A stretch of 44,034 bases of DNA from Bacteroidota bacterium (GTDB lineage Bacteria; Bacteroidota; Bacteroidia; Chitinophagales; CAIODY01). The notes beneath the pieces are model-generated. The model made no database searches. It was given only the letters and a program-made list of their open reading frames with translations, and had not been told where the DNA came from. A program made the translations under genes and the position numbers. Shown here in pieces: positions 1-9,579 of this stretch (its first letter is position 1; every line of letters begins with the position of its first letter). Where the stretch lies: positions 1-44,034 of the forward strand of contig JBEEMV010000082.1 of the NCBI GenBank assembly GCA_041192505.1, written 5' to 3'.

Positions 1-3000
1 TGATGCTGTGCATGGATTATCATTGGCAGGTGTTGTACATATTTTTTTACCCAATTGTAATACCACAGTATCCATTGCATTCAAATTAGTAAATTTAGCA
101 TTAGCCGTATTCACGTTCGAAATTGTTGCTACATTCCACGATGCATATAAACCACTATAATATTCGCCAGTTAAAATTGATGTAGTTACAGAGGCATCAA
201 AATCTGAATTTACATAATATACTTGTGCTGTATAATTAGCCGCCACAAACGAGTTGATAGGTTTTATTTGCCAATAACGATTAATTGTTTTTAATGGATC
301 AAAACAAGAAGTATTTATTTTTGAATAATCATTTATAATTGATGAAACAACTATATCACCAGCAGTAGTAACGGCATTAGATGAAATTTTTACAGGTGCA
401 TAAGCAGTTGCATCGCCTACCGGAAAATCAACATTTACTAAAGTACCAACGGGTATAGTACGACGCAACGAACCATGAATATAATTAGTAGCATTATGAC
501 CACTAATATTTCCACTTGTACCAATAATTTTATTTCCTGCAATAATTTTTCCAGAGATAAAATTAATGAAGCCTGTAACCTGAAGGTTATCTGCAAGCGT
601 TAATCCTGCGGCATTATTTACCACCAATGAGTTGATTGTTGTAGGCAATGCATCACCAGTATTTTGAGCTACTGAACTATAATAAATGTAATTTGCTGAT
701 GTACTAAAATTTCTTACACAAGTTTGAATATTGCCTAATGATGTAGATTTGGTAATACCATCGGCTGATGAAATTTTTAATGTAGCACCATTTTGTAAAT
801 CGAATACCGATTTAAAATTTCCTGAAGATGCAATCGTATAACTACCACAATCTAAAGTTGAATTTGCGGCAACAGTAAGCGTTCCAAATAAATTTATATT
901 GCCCAATAATGTTACAGTTGCGCCGCTGTTAATAGTAATGTTACCGTATGTTCCACCCGATAAAGTTTGATTTGAATTGATAACCAAATCTGCATATGGC
1001 GTTAATGATAAACCTCTGAAAATTGTATTGGTAGGTGCTGTTGCTACAATTACACCAACAGTAGTAATGGCAGAACCTGATGAACTAATATTTGAACTAT
1101 ATGCTGCTGCATCAACAAATTTATGAATTTTATTTCCAGCTGCTGTACCTACGGTAACATACAACTCAATACCAGTACACGATTCAAAACCTGCGATGCC
1201 TGTACAACCACCTGTTGCAGTTATTGAACCTCTGCTTGTCCAAGTAGTTCCATTATACGAATATTTTAATAATCCATTAGTTTGATCAGCAATATAAACT
1301 AAATCAACACCAGCAATATTTGGGTCTTCGTCAAAAAATACTGAGCTATATACATTGCCCGACGGAACAGAAACTAAAGATGATAATGTTTGTGATGTAG
1401 TAGTTGGTAACCCTGTTCCAACTTTACTCAACGCTGTTGATGTAGATACAATTAATTGTCCGTTTACAATACTTGCAGCACGAACATTAGATGATGATAA
1501 TGCTACTCCATTTGAATTACTACCTACTGTGGTATAAATAATTCCGTTAGGACCAGTAGCCCAAATATCAGTACCATTGGTAGTTACAGCACCTCTAATA
1601 TTATTACCGCTAATGGCTGTAGGAATAATTGTTGAAGTATTTATTTCACCATAATTATCAACTATACCCACTACTCTACCTACTGTTGATGTTGCAACCG
1701 ACGTTGTACCTACTGTTGCATTATATCCTGCTAATGCCAAGTATTGATGATTTGGCGAAAAGCTTAATGCACCTTCTGAGCCTGCACTGCCACTATTTGT
1801 TAATGCATAATTTGTTCCTAATGTAGATGATGGCATTGGGCGACTTCTAACAATTGTGCCATTCGTTGAATATTCATCAATGGTAACTTGCGATGCACTG
1901 CTACTTAATGCAGTACCTGTTCCCAAGCGCAATACAGCCAAGTTGCCCGGTATAAATGGAATGCCTGTAATTCTAACATTTATTAATGAACGTGGGCTTT
2001 CGCAACCGTTGGTTGTTTCAGATACCCAATATTGTGAAGATGGATTTCCTGTTGCTGTTGTTGATGGCGTTGGTGCTGTTGAGCTTCCTATTCCACCTGT
2101 TGAAACTGTATACCAAGTTAAATTTGAACCTGTTGCTGTTAATGTTGATGCCGAAGTACCTTGTGTGTAAACCACTGGTGTAGTTACTGCTGGTGCAGTT
2201 GGCACACTATATACATTTACATTTATTTGTGCTAAAGGGCTTTCACAACCATTTACAGTTTGCGATACATAATAAGAAACTGCTGGTGCGCCAATTATTA
2301 AAGCAGATGGTGTTGGTGCTGTTGCACTTCCCGTTCCACCCGTTGAAACTGTGTACCATTGTATATTTGAACCCGTTGCACTTAAAGCTGATGGTGTAGA
2401 ATTTTGGCAAAGATTAATAGGTGTTGATGATGATGGTACAGATGGATAACCATACACATTTACATCAATTTGTTTGCGATTACTTTCGCAACCTGTAGTA
2501 GTATTTGTTTGTGAAACAAAATACGAAACCGCAGGAATGCCTGTGGTAGCTGTGTTTGGTGTTGGTGCTGTTGCACTTCCTATTCCTCCTATTGATGAAG
2601 TGTACCATAATAAATTAGTACCAGTGGCTGAAAGTACTGATGCTACTACATTTTGACAATAGTTAATCGGCGATGTTGATGTTGGAATAGTTGGTAATGC
2701 ATTTACAACTACTGCTAATAATGCTCGTGGACTTTCGCAGCCATTTACCGTTTGACTTACATAATTATTGATAGTAGTTGCTGAAGAAGTAACTGGTGTT
2801 GGTGCAGTTGCATTGCTTGTTCCATTTGTTGAAACCGTGTACCAAAGCAAGTTTGAACCCGTTGCTGTTAATTGTGTAGCTGCATCATTCAAACAATAAG
2901 TTACTGGTGTAGTTACAATTGGTGTTGTTGGTATAGAATAAACATTCACATCAATTTGTGCTGCCGGACTTTCAGGGCAACCGCCAATTGTTTGTGTTAC

Positions 3001-6000
3001 CCAATACGAAATTGTTGGTGTTCCTATTGAAGTGGTTGATGGTGTTGGAGCAGTTGAACTACCACCTGTGCCTGTGGTTGAAGTAGTGTACCATAATAAA
3101 TTTACACCTGTTGCTGTTAATTGTGATGCTGTAACTCCTTGACAAAATCCTACTGGTGTTGTTACACTTGGTGCTGTTGGTGCTGCAATTACAGTTACAT
3201 CTAATTGTGCACGTTGGCTTTCGCAAGTACCATTATTTTGGGTAACCCAATAACTTGTAGTGCCTGCTGATATTGCAGTTGGTGTAGGTGCTGTAGAGCT
3301 ACCTGTTCCATTTACTGCCACTGTATACCACATCAAACTTGTGCCTATTGCTGTTAATTGTGATGTAGTTGCATTCTGACAATAGTTTACATTTGAAACC
3401 GTTGGTGAATTAGGTGATGCATTAATATTTACCACAATTTCACTTCTATTACTTGTACAACCACTTGCTGTTTGTGTTACAAAATAACTTCCGATTGGTG
3501 TTCCTGCTGTAGCAGTTGAAGGCGTTGGTGCAGTTGATGAACTTGAAGTTGAATTAATAGCGGTATACCATAATTTGTTTGTTCCTGTTGCTGTTAATGC
3601 AGCAATTGTGTTATATTGACAATAAGTTGCTGGCGATGAAACCGTTGGTGCTGCTGCATTTCCTTCGCCAATTTGTAAATCGAAAGTGGAAGTGGTATTA
3701 ATTCCTGTTATCGAAATTGATGAAGTGGTAAAATTTGTTGTAGCTAATGCATAACTCCACGAGCTGCCAAACATAGCAGCAATAACGTTTGCAGCCGTTA
3801 TGCTTCCATCCACATCTGATGATTGATAATTTACAGTTGCATTATAAATAGCTGGCAACGGAGCTGATGGAAAACTGATAGACCAATATCTATTCACACT
3901 TTTTGAAGCAGTAATACATGATGATGAAAGGTTTGCTCTATCGCCCGAAGTGCTTGCTACTTGTATTGTTCCAGCTGTTGTAACCGATGGGAAATTTAAA
4001 GTAATAGAAGAATATTTTGCATTGCTGCCTACTTCAAAAGTTATATTTACGTTCGTTCCTGTTGCAATTATTTTTTGTAAATTTCCATTCACAAAGCTTG
4101 TAGTGCTTGCTCCGCTTACACTTCCGCCGCTTGCAATTGTCATTACATTTGATGAACCTGTAGTTAAAACACCCGAAGTTAAATTTAATGTAGTAGCTGA
4201 AGTGCTTGCTGTAAGCGTAACACCAGCCGAATTACTAATTGTTAAAGTAGTAATTGTTGATGGCAAACCATCGCCTGTAACTTGTGCCGATGAACCATTA
4301 TAAATATAAATAGCCGATGAAGAATAATTTCTTACACAAGTTTGCACACTACCTGTTGCACTCGAAGCTGTGATACCTGCTGTGTTTGCAGTTTTTAATG
4401 TAGCACCGTTTTGCAAATCGAAAGTGCTTTTACCAATACCATTGCTCAATATTTTAAATGTGCTGCAATCAATTGTACCACCATTTTGAATGGTAATATT
4501 ATCAGCATAAATATCGCCAGTTAATGTAAGTGTACCACCCGAAACTGTAATGTTGTTATAGATTCCAGAAGCGTTGGTATTGCCTGATGCTACTGTTAAA
4601 TTGCCTTGTGTAGGCGCCCACGAAATACCTTTAAATGAACTTGTAGCAGATGAAGTAGCAACTAAAGTTCCTACTGTTGTAATATCCAAACCGCTGCTTG
4701 TAATATTTGCATTGTAAGCCGCAGCATCTACAAATTTGTATACTTTATTTGCTACTGATCCATTACCCCAAACGCAGTATAGTTCAATTTGATCATTACA
4801 ATTTATTTTACCAATTAAACTACCAATACCAGCAGCAGGAGCAGTTCCGGCAGCTACCACAGAACCTCTGGCTGTCCAAGTAGTACCATTGTAAGAATAT
4901 TTAGTGATGCCCGAAGTTAAATCAGCAATGTATAATAAATCGTTTCCTGATACAGTTGCATCTCTATCAAAGAAAATAAAATCATATCCATTTGTACCAG
5001 CAGTTGGCAAGCCCGAAGGCGTAGTAATTGTTTGACCTGAAGTTATTGGTAATCCAGTACCAACTGTTGAAGGAGCAAAAACACCTGAACCAGCATTTAC
5101 CCATAATTGATTTGCTACAATATTGATAGCTCTGCAATTAGTAGATGTTGTTGAAAGTTGAGTACCAGCAGCTACGTTAGCAGTGGTGCCACCTGGAGCC
5201 GAAAATGGAATTACTCTAACGCCACCACCTGTACCTGCACCTACACCCCAAATATAATTTCCATCAGTAATACCACCTCTAAAATTATTACCACTAAATC
5301 CATTTGATGTATTAAATCCTGATCTTGTATCAATAGTTCCTACTGCATCTAAAATTCCTACTACACGAGTTACCGTTGTAGATGCACTGCTTGAAACACC
5401 AGAAGTATTTACAGCTGCATCATAACCACCACAAATTAAATATTTTGTATCGGGCGATAAAGTAATATGCCCATCAGATGTTGAAGAACCTGACAAAACT
5501 AATCTTAAATTATTACCACTCACAGTAGTTGGCAATGAACGATTAGATACTAATGATGTACCACTAGTTGAGTATTCATCCATATAATATTTAGCACCAT
5601 TTGAAGCTGTTGTTAAACCACTTTGATCGCATCTTCCTACCACAATACTTCCAGCTGTAAATGCTGTAAAACCACTAGTTGGCAATGCTGTTACATCAGT
5701 TGTTCCTGTACTCCAAGTAGTACCATTTCTTGTAAATATTTTAAACGAATATGTTGTTCCGTTTGTTAATCCTATAATAGTTTGTGGCGATGTAGTTCCT
5801 TTATAAACCACATATCCATTTCCTAATGATGTACCCAATGTATAAGCAAGATTTGCTGTATAACTATTTCCTATTGGTACGCCATTGTTAGTTGCAGGTG
5901 CAACTACTATCATCACTTCATCATAACATCCTGTTGGGTTGCTCCATGATACTGAAGCCGAAGCTGACAAGGGAGTTGTTGAAACCGATGAAGCATTGTT

Positions 6001-8385
6001 AACAGTAATAGCAGTAATGGTTTGAGCACCACCTGCTGTAAACGAACCCGATGGCGTTGCACTAACAAATGAAAAATCAGACAGTGTACTTGCATTTACA
6101 TTTATAGTAGCATTTGGTGTTGCTGCGCAAATTAAATCAGTAGTTACAAATAAATAATTTGTACCAATTGCAAAGGTTTGATTTAAACTTCCAAAAGTTT
6201 GAGCGCCTGTACCCAATGCGCTGGTTAATGTTCCTAATAATGTGGCAGTATTCGAATTAAAAGTTGATGATGATTGATACCATAATTTTAAATTCGCTAA
6301 ATCAGAAGCCGAATAAGTTCCTGCTAATGTGAAAGATGCTGAACTTAATGTAGCAGCTACTGTAGATACTGTTACATTAGTTCTATACAAAATATTATTA
6401 GTTGTATTTTGGTTGATAGGTGCAGCAGCAATACTTCCATTAGATAAAACAATTATAGGTACTAATGCTGGCGTTGAAAAAGTTGATGATGCTATCCAAC
6501 TACTTTGATTTGAACTACAATTTGAACGAACATATAAAGTATAGGTAGTACTTGCATTTAATGTAGATATAGAAACAGAAGTTAATGAAGTATTTCCGCT
6601 TGCATCTAATCCTGTTGAGCCCGAACCAGCGGCGCCACTACTTCTTACTTCATAATCATAACCACTTGCAGGAGCTGATGATGCAGCCGACCATGAAATA
6701 TTTGCTGCTGTGGCAGATGTTGCTGTGCCTGATGGAGATGAAGGAGCATTACATGTAGCAGCAATAATATCTGCAGTTAATCCTGTTGGTTGAGTTAATA
6801 AATAGCTTGAGCTATTTGTGCCACCTAAAGTTAAATTAGCTGATACCGATATTCCAGTTCCTACGGCTGCAGATGCAAATGTACCACCACCCGAAACAGT
6901 TAATGCATCACCATTTACAGCACCAACAACTGAAGCACCTGTAATGGTTGCAGTTGTATTTCCATCGTATGATTTATTTTGTGCTGCTGCACCTGTTGTT
7001 GAAACTGATAAAGTTGAAACCGTACTTGAAATAGTTGCCACATTTACCGAAGTTGCTCCTGAACTTGATAAAACTATATTACCCGAATATGGCGACCCTG
7101 CTACTGTTGATGTTGCTTTTAATCTTACATAAACTGTAGTTGATGAAATAGTGCCCGATGAACCTACTGTAACAGTTGAAGTATAAGTACCACCAATAGT
7201 TAAACAAACTTCATAGCCTGTAGGTGGTGTTACTAAAATTCCTGCTGTCATGTTTACACCCGATACCGAAAAACTTGTTGGAGATGATGATGCAGTACCA
7301 TAAGTAGTATTTACTGCACTTAAAGTTCCAGTAGTTGAAATAGTTGGCGTAAGTGTAATGGGAGCAAATGCAATTCCTTTTACAGTAGTACCTGCTGCTG
7401 ATGTATATAATGTTATATTATTGGCAGTTGTGATATTTATGGTTGAATTATAACCAGCAGCATCTGTTAATCTAACAACACTATTTGCAGCCGTTGCACC
7501 TGTACCCGATGTTACATATAAATAAGATCCAGTTCCGTTCCATTTTGCAATCATTCCAAAACCACCAATTGTGGTTGTGTAACTTCCGTTGCTTACCCAC
7601 GAACCACTTACCAATGAGTATTTATAAATAATTCCTGCTGTAGCTGATGTACCTATAACCATATACAATATATCATAAGTAGTTCCATTCGAACCTGATG
7701 AAACCATATAAAAATCTAAAGGCGCTGTAATAGTTGGCGATGTACCAATGCTACCAGGCAATGCAGTAAATGCAGTTGCTGTAGCAGATGAATAAGTTCC
7801 AACAGGATTTGTAGCGGCTGATGTTAAAGCATATACAGTCCCACCAAATGATTTCAATGCTCTTAAATTTGTTGAAACACTTGCTGTTGTTCCACTATTA
7901 GTATACAATCCACCTTGGTCGCCTATGTAAAATGTAGAATTATTGGTAGTTGTTGCACTTCTAGTTTGGTTGCCCGATGCACCCGTATAAGTTGTTGCCA
8001 AATTGAAAGTACCAGCACCATTGTAAGTACCAATTCCTCTTGTAGTAATAGTATTAATATTCGCACTTGTACCATTGGTTTGACCTCCAGTAAAAGTTAA
8101 CAAACTACCATCGTTGCTATTCGACAAATAGGCAGTTGAAGTTGCACTACCCGAAAATCGTAATGCAATTGCTGAAGTTGTTCCGTCAATCGAATGAGTA
8201 GTTAAAGCAGATTGTCCAGCTGAAGTAGTGTTTAGTTCAACAATACTTCCTGTGGTATTATTGCCCGATGAAGATGCAGCAACAAACACAGCTAAGTTAC
8301 CATTGGTAAACGATTGTGCTCGTACTATGCTTATTGAAAGCAATAGCATTAATACACTTGTTAAAATATAACGGGTTGATTTCAT
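1..8385 (-). CDS. Giant secreted cell-surface repeat protein, partial (at least 2795 codons; the 3' end lies beyond the left window edge)
   Basis: A minus-strand ATG at 8385-8383 opens MKSTRYILTSVLMLLLSISIVRAQ, which looks like a signal peptide. No stop codons were found where I hand-translated this frame (1-180, 2160-2400, 5641-5700). No competing long ORF exists in any frame across 1-8385, and the track lists no in-frame minus fragments. This fits one ORF lacking an in-window stop. Contents include a YDG-like segment (KSYDGNTTATITG, ~6770-7000), an FN3-like segment (CNAPSSPSG..ISWSA..YDYEVR, ~6480-6757), seven Ig-like repeats and three copies of a propeller-like module. Confidence 0.85.
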   Translation of the reverse strand, partial: MKSTRYILTSVLMLLLSISIVRAQSFTNGNLAVFVAASSSGNNTTGSIVELNTTSAGQSALTTHSIDGTTSAIALRFSGSATSTAYLSNSNDGSLLTFTGGQTNGTSANINTITTRGIGTYNGAGTFNLATTYTGASGNQTRSATTTNNSTFYIGDQGGLYTNSGTTASVSTNLRALKSFGGTVYALTSAATNPVGTYSSATATAFTALPGSIGTSPTITAPLDFYMVSSGSNGTTYDILYMVIGTSATAGIIYKYSLVSGSWVSNGSYTTTIGGFGMIAKWNGTGSYLYVTSGTGATAANSVVRLTDAAGYNSTINITTANNITLYTSAAGTTVKGIAFAPITLTPTISTTGTLSAVNTTYGTASSSPTSFSVSGVNMTAGILVTPPTGYEVCLTIGGTYTSTVTVGSSGTISSTTVYVRLKATSTVAGSPYSGNIVLSSSGATSVNVATISSTVSTLSVSTTGAAAQNKSYDGNTTATITGASVVGAVNGDALTVSGGGTFASAAVGTGISVSANLTLGGTNSSSYLLTQPTGLTADIIAATCNAPSSPSGTATSATAANISWSAASSAPASGYDYEVRSSGAAGSGSTGLDASGNTSLTSVSISTLNASTTYTLYVRSNCSSNQSSWIASSTFSTPALVPIIVLSNGSIAAAPINQNTTNNILYRTNVTVSTVAATLSSASFTLAGTYSASDLANLKLWYQSSSTFNSNTATLLGTLTSALGTGAQTFGSLNQTFAIGTNYLFVTTDLICAATPNATINVNASTLSDFSFVSATPSGSFTAGGAQTITAITVNNASSVSTTPLSASASVSWSNPTGCYDEVMIVVAPATNNGVPIGNSYTANLAYTLGTSLGNGYVVYKGTTSPQTIIGLTNGTTYSFKIFTRNGTTWSTGTTDVTALPTSGFTAFTAGSIVVGRCDQSGLTTASNGAKYYMDEYSTSGTSLVSNRSLPTTVSGNNLRLVLSGSSTSDGHITLSPDTKYLICGGYDAAVNTSGVSSSASTTVTRVVGILDAVGTIDTRSGFNTSNGFSGNNFRGGITDGNYIWGVGAGTGGGVRVIPFSAPGGTTANVAAGTQLSTTSTNCRAINIVANQLWVNAGSGVFAPSTVGTGLPITSGQTITTPSGLPTAGTNGYDFIFFDRDATVSGNDLLYIADLTSGITKYSYNGTTWTARGSVVAAGTAPAAGIGSLIGKINCNDQIELYCVWGNGSVANKVYKFVDAAAYNANITSSGLDITTVGTLVATSSATSSFKGISWAPTQGNLTVASGNTNASGIYNNITVSGGTLTLTGDIYADNITIQNGGTIDCSTFKILSNGIGKSTFDLQNGATLKTANTAGITASSATGSVQTCVRNYSSSAIYIYNGSSAQVTGDGLPSTITTLTISNSAGVTLTASTSATTLNLTSGVLTTGSSNVMTIASGGSVSGASTTSFVNGNLQKIIATGTNVNITFEVGSNAKYSSITLNFPSVTTAGTIQVASTSGDRANLSSSCITASKSVNRYWSISFPSAPLPAIYNATVNYQSSDVDGSITAANVIAAMFGSSWSYALATTNFTTSSISITGINTTSTFDLQIGEGNAAAPTVSSPATYCQYNTIAALTATGTNKLWYTAINSTSSSSTAPTPSTATAGTPIGSYFVTQTASGCTSNRSEIVVNINASPNSPTVSNVNYCQNATTSQLTAIGTSLMWYTVAVNGTGSSTAPTPTAISAGTTSYWVTQNNGTCESQRAQLDVTVIAAPTAPSVTTPVGFCQGVTASQLTATGVNLLWYTTSTTGTGGSSTAPTPSTTSIGTPTISYWVTQTIGGCPESPAAQIDVNVYSIPTTPIVTTPVTYCLNDAATQLTATGSNLLWYTVSTNGTSNATAPTPVTSSATTINNYVSQTVNGCESPRALLAVVVNALPTIPTSTSPINYCQNVVASVLSATGTNLLWYTSSIGGIGSATAPTPNTATTGIPAVSYFVSQTNTTTGCESNRKQIDVNVYGYPSVPSSSTPINLCQNSTPSALSATGSNIQWYTVSTGGTGSATAPTPSALIIGAPAVSYYVSQTVNGCESPLAQINVNVYSVPTAPAVTTPVVYTQGTSASTLTATGSNLTWYTVSTGGIGSSTAPTPSTTATGNPSSQYWVSETTNGCESPRSLINVRITGIPFIPGNLAVLRLGTGTALSSSASQVTIDEYSTNGTIVRSRPMPSSTLGTNYALTNSGSAGSEGALSFSPNHQYLALAGYNATVGTTSVATSTVGRVVGIVDNYGEINTSTIIPTAISGNNIRGAVTTNGTDIWATGPNGIIYTTVGSNSNGVALSSSNVRAASIVNGQLIVSTSTALSKVGTGLPTTTSQTLSSLVSVPSGNVYSSVFFDEDPNIAGVDLVYIADQTNGLLKYSYNGTTWTSRGSITATGGCTGIAGFESCTGIELYVTVGTAAGNKIHKFVDAAAYSSNISSSGSAITTVGVIVATAPTNTIFRGLSLTPYADLVINSNQTLSGGTYGNITINSGATVTLLGNINLFGTLTVAANSTLDCGSYTIASSGNFKSVFDLQNGATLKISSADGITKSTSLGNIQTCVRNFSTSANYIYYSSVAQNTGDALPTTINSLVVNNAAGLTLADNLQVTGFINFISGKIIAGNKIIGTSGNISGHNATNYIHGSLRRTIPVGTLVNVDFPVGDATAYAPVKISSNAVTTAGDIVVSSIINDYSKINTSCFDPLKTINRYWQIKPINSFVAANYTAQVYYVNSDFDASVTTSILTGEYYSGLYASWNVATISNVNTANAKFTNLNAMDTVVLQLGKKICTTPANDNPCTAS
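1962..3650 (-). repeat. Seven tandem ~80-aa (~240-nt) Ig-like coding repeats inside the giant ORF
   Basis: Hand translation gives a recurring pattern: P..P....P..YCQ......L.ATG.NL.WYT....G.GS.TAPTP......G....Y.VSQT..GCES.R..I.V.V. One example is SALSATGSNIQWYTVSTGGTGSATAPTPSALIIGAPAVSYYVSQTVNGCESPLAQINVNVYSVP at ~2170-2400. The pattern resembles the CHU_C-associated Ig-like domain family of Bacteroidota adhesins. Confidence 0.8.
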
Positions 8386-8590
8386 GATAATTGAACTTAA
8401 GTTAATTTTTGTGATGCAAAACTCAATCAACTACATGAACCTATTCTTACCAACCCATGAAGCATTTGTAAATAAAACATTCCCTAAATGTTTCCTTTTT
8501 TTAACCAATTCTGCATTTTGTTAACTTTAAAGAAACCATTAAATAATTTTTGATTAACGCAAAAAAAAACGGGTACACCTACCCTGAAAA

Positions 8591-8598
8591 TACCTTTG
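8591..8598 (+). promoter_or_regulatory. Possible Bacteroidota -7 promoter box (TACCTTTG, matching TAnnTTTG) upstream of the 8634 gene
   Basis: This is an exact match to the TAnnTTTG consensus, 36 nt upstream of ATG 8634. I found no convincing -33 TTTG at the proper spacing. Confidence 0.25.
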
Positions 8599-8633
8599 TA
8601 AAATTATTTTACCAACCAAATTCATTCATTTGT

Positions 8634-9503
8634 ATGAAAAAAAAATTACTCGTTATCACATTTTTTCTTGCAGCTTTTTGCAGCTTTTCTACAGTATTAA
8701 AAGCACAAAATGTAGCCATTTTCAATCAAAATTTCGATTCAATTCCTACAGGAATTCTTCCAAGTAGTTGGACAAATGGATTACCCAACATTAATAGCAA
8801 TGGCTGGTTTTCCGATAGCACAAATTTTTCTGCAGGCTATGCCAATGCTTCAGGTCTAAAAAATATTGTTATTAAAAATTCAGATTCAACAGGTATTTAC
8901 GAATTATCATTTCCTAACATTTCTACTTTGGGTGATTCAAATATATCTATCATTTGGAGTTCACGAGTTTCAAATAATTTTTTAACTCCAGGGTCAACAT
9001 TACCAACTTTATTATTTAGCATCAATAATGGTGTTTCATGGGATACTTTGCCCTATACAGATAATGCTGCCAACAGCACTTGGGGATTGGTAAACAATGC
9101 AACACCAATAAATTTTCCTACAAAAGCAAGTAATCAAAATTCGTTAAGCATAAAACTTGTATTAAATATTGTAAATAATGCTAGTGGTACTTATAGAATA
9201 GATGATGTGAATATTTACAAAAAAAATGCTGTTGTAAATCCTAATGGTATTAATGCCTTAAACAACAAAAACACAATTGCTATTTACCCTAATCCTGCCA
9301 ATAATGTATTACAATTTATAAATACTGATTTTAATATTAAAAGCATTTTGATACTTGATTTGTCGGGAAAAAAAGTGATGGATTTTAATTCCATTTCTGA
9401 AAAACAAACGCTTGATATTAGTTCATTAAATGCTGGTAGTTACCTGATCAGCTTTATTAATTCAAACGGAAAAAGTAATACACAAGAATTTATAAAAAAA
9501 TAA
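8634..9503 (+). CDS. Secreted protein with an N-terminal MAM/choice-of-anchor-J-like domain and a T9SS type-A C-terminal sorting domain
   Basis: I moved the start to ATG 8634 (MKKKLLVITFFLAAFCSFSTVLKAQ, a signal peptide); the track ORF starts at an upstream TTG. The C-terminus IAIYPNPANNVLQFI...LDISSLNAGSYLISFINSNGKSNTQEFIKK is a typical Por-secretion tail. The N-terminal domain is paralogous to that of the next gene. Confidence 0.8.
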   Translation: MKKKLLVITFFLAAFCSFSTVLKAQNVAIFNQNFDSIPTGILPSSWTNGLPNINSNGWFSDSTNFSAGYANASGLKNIVIKNSDSTGIYELSFPNISTLGDSNISIIWSSRVSNNFLTPGSTLPTLLFSINNGVSWDTLPYTDNAANSTWGLVNNATPINFPTKASNQNSLSIKLVLNIVNNASGTYRIDDVNIYKKNAVVNPNGINALNNKNTIAIYPNPANNVLQFINTDFNIKSILILDLSGKKVMDFNSISEKQTLDISSLNAGSYLISFINSNGKSNTQEFIKK

Positions 9504-9519
9504 TTCAATTATAAAAAAT

Positions 9520-9552
9520 AAAAAGGGTTGCTTTTAATGGCAACCTTTTTTG
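9520..9552 (+). terminator. Rho-independent terminator
   Basis: The sequence aaaaaGGTTGC-ttttaatg-GCAACCtttttt has its stem at 9526-9531/9540-9545, followed by a T6 run. It sits directly after the stop at 9503. Confidence 0.7.
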
Positions 9553-9579
9553 TTTCTGTTAAATAATAAATTTATTACG

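Noticed and set aside
1355-8100. Plus-strand ORFs listed in the track (1355-1537, 1629-1826, 1856-2170, 1986-2183, 2193-2399, 2474-2656, 3950-4303, 6818-7132, 7915-8100) and the minus-strand ORF 5913-6095
   Set aside because: All lie inside the 8.4-kb minus-strand ORF, either antisense or out of frame. They have Val/Leu-rich shadow composition with no signal peptides or motifs, and are too short to compete.
8434-8462. Hairpin AAACATT-cccta-AATGTTT followed by a T-run in the divergent promoter region
   Set aside because: The stem is almost entirely A/T, and no upstream plus-strand gene exists for it to terminate. It is probably fortuitous.
8563-8645. A9 runs (8563-8571 intergenic; 8637-8645 within codons 2-4 of the 8634 gene) and T9 runs near 25678-25700 as further phase-variation tracts
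   Set aside because: A/T homopolymers of this length are expected by composition in an AT-rich genome, and AAA-AAA-AAA is the usual Lys-rich signal-peptide n-region. This is unlike the compositionally anomalous G12 tract.
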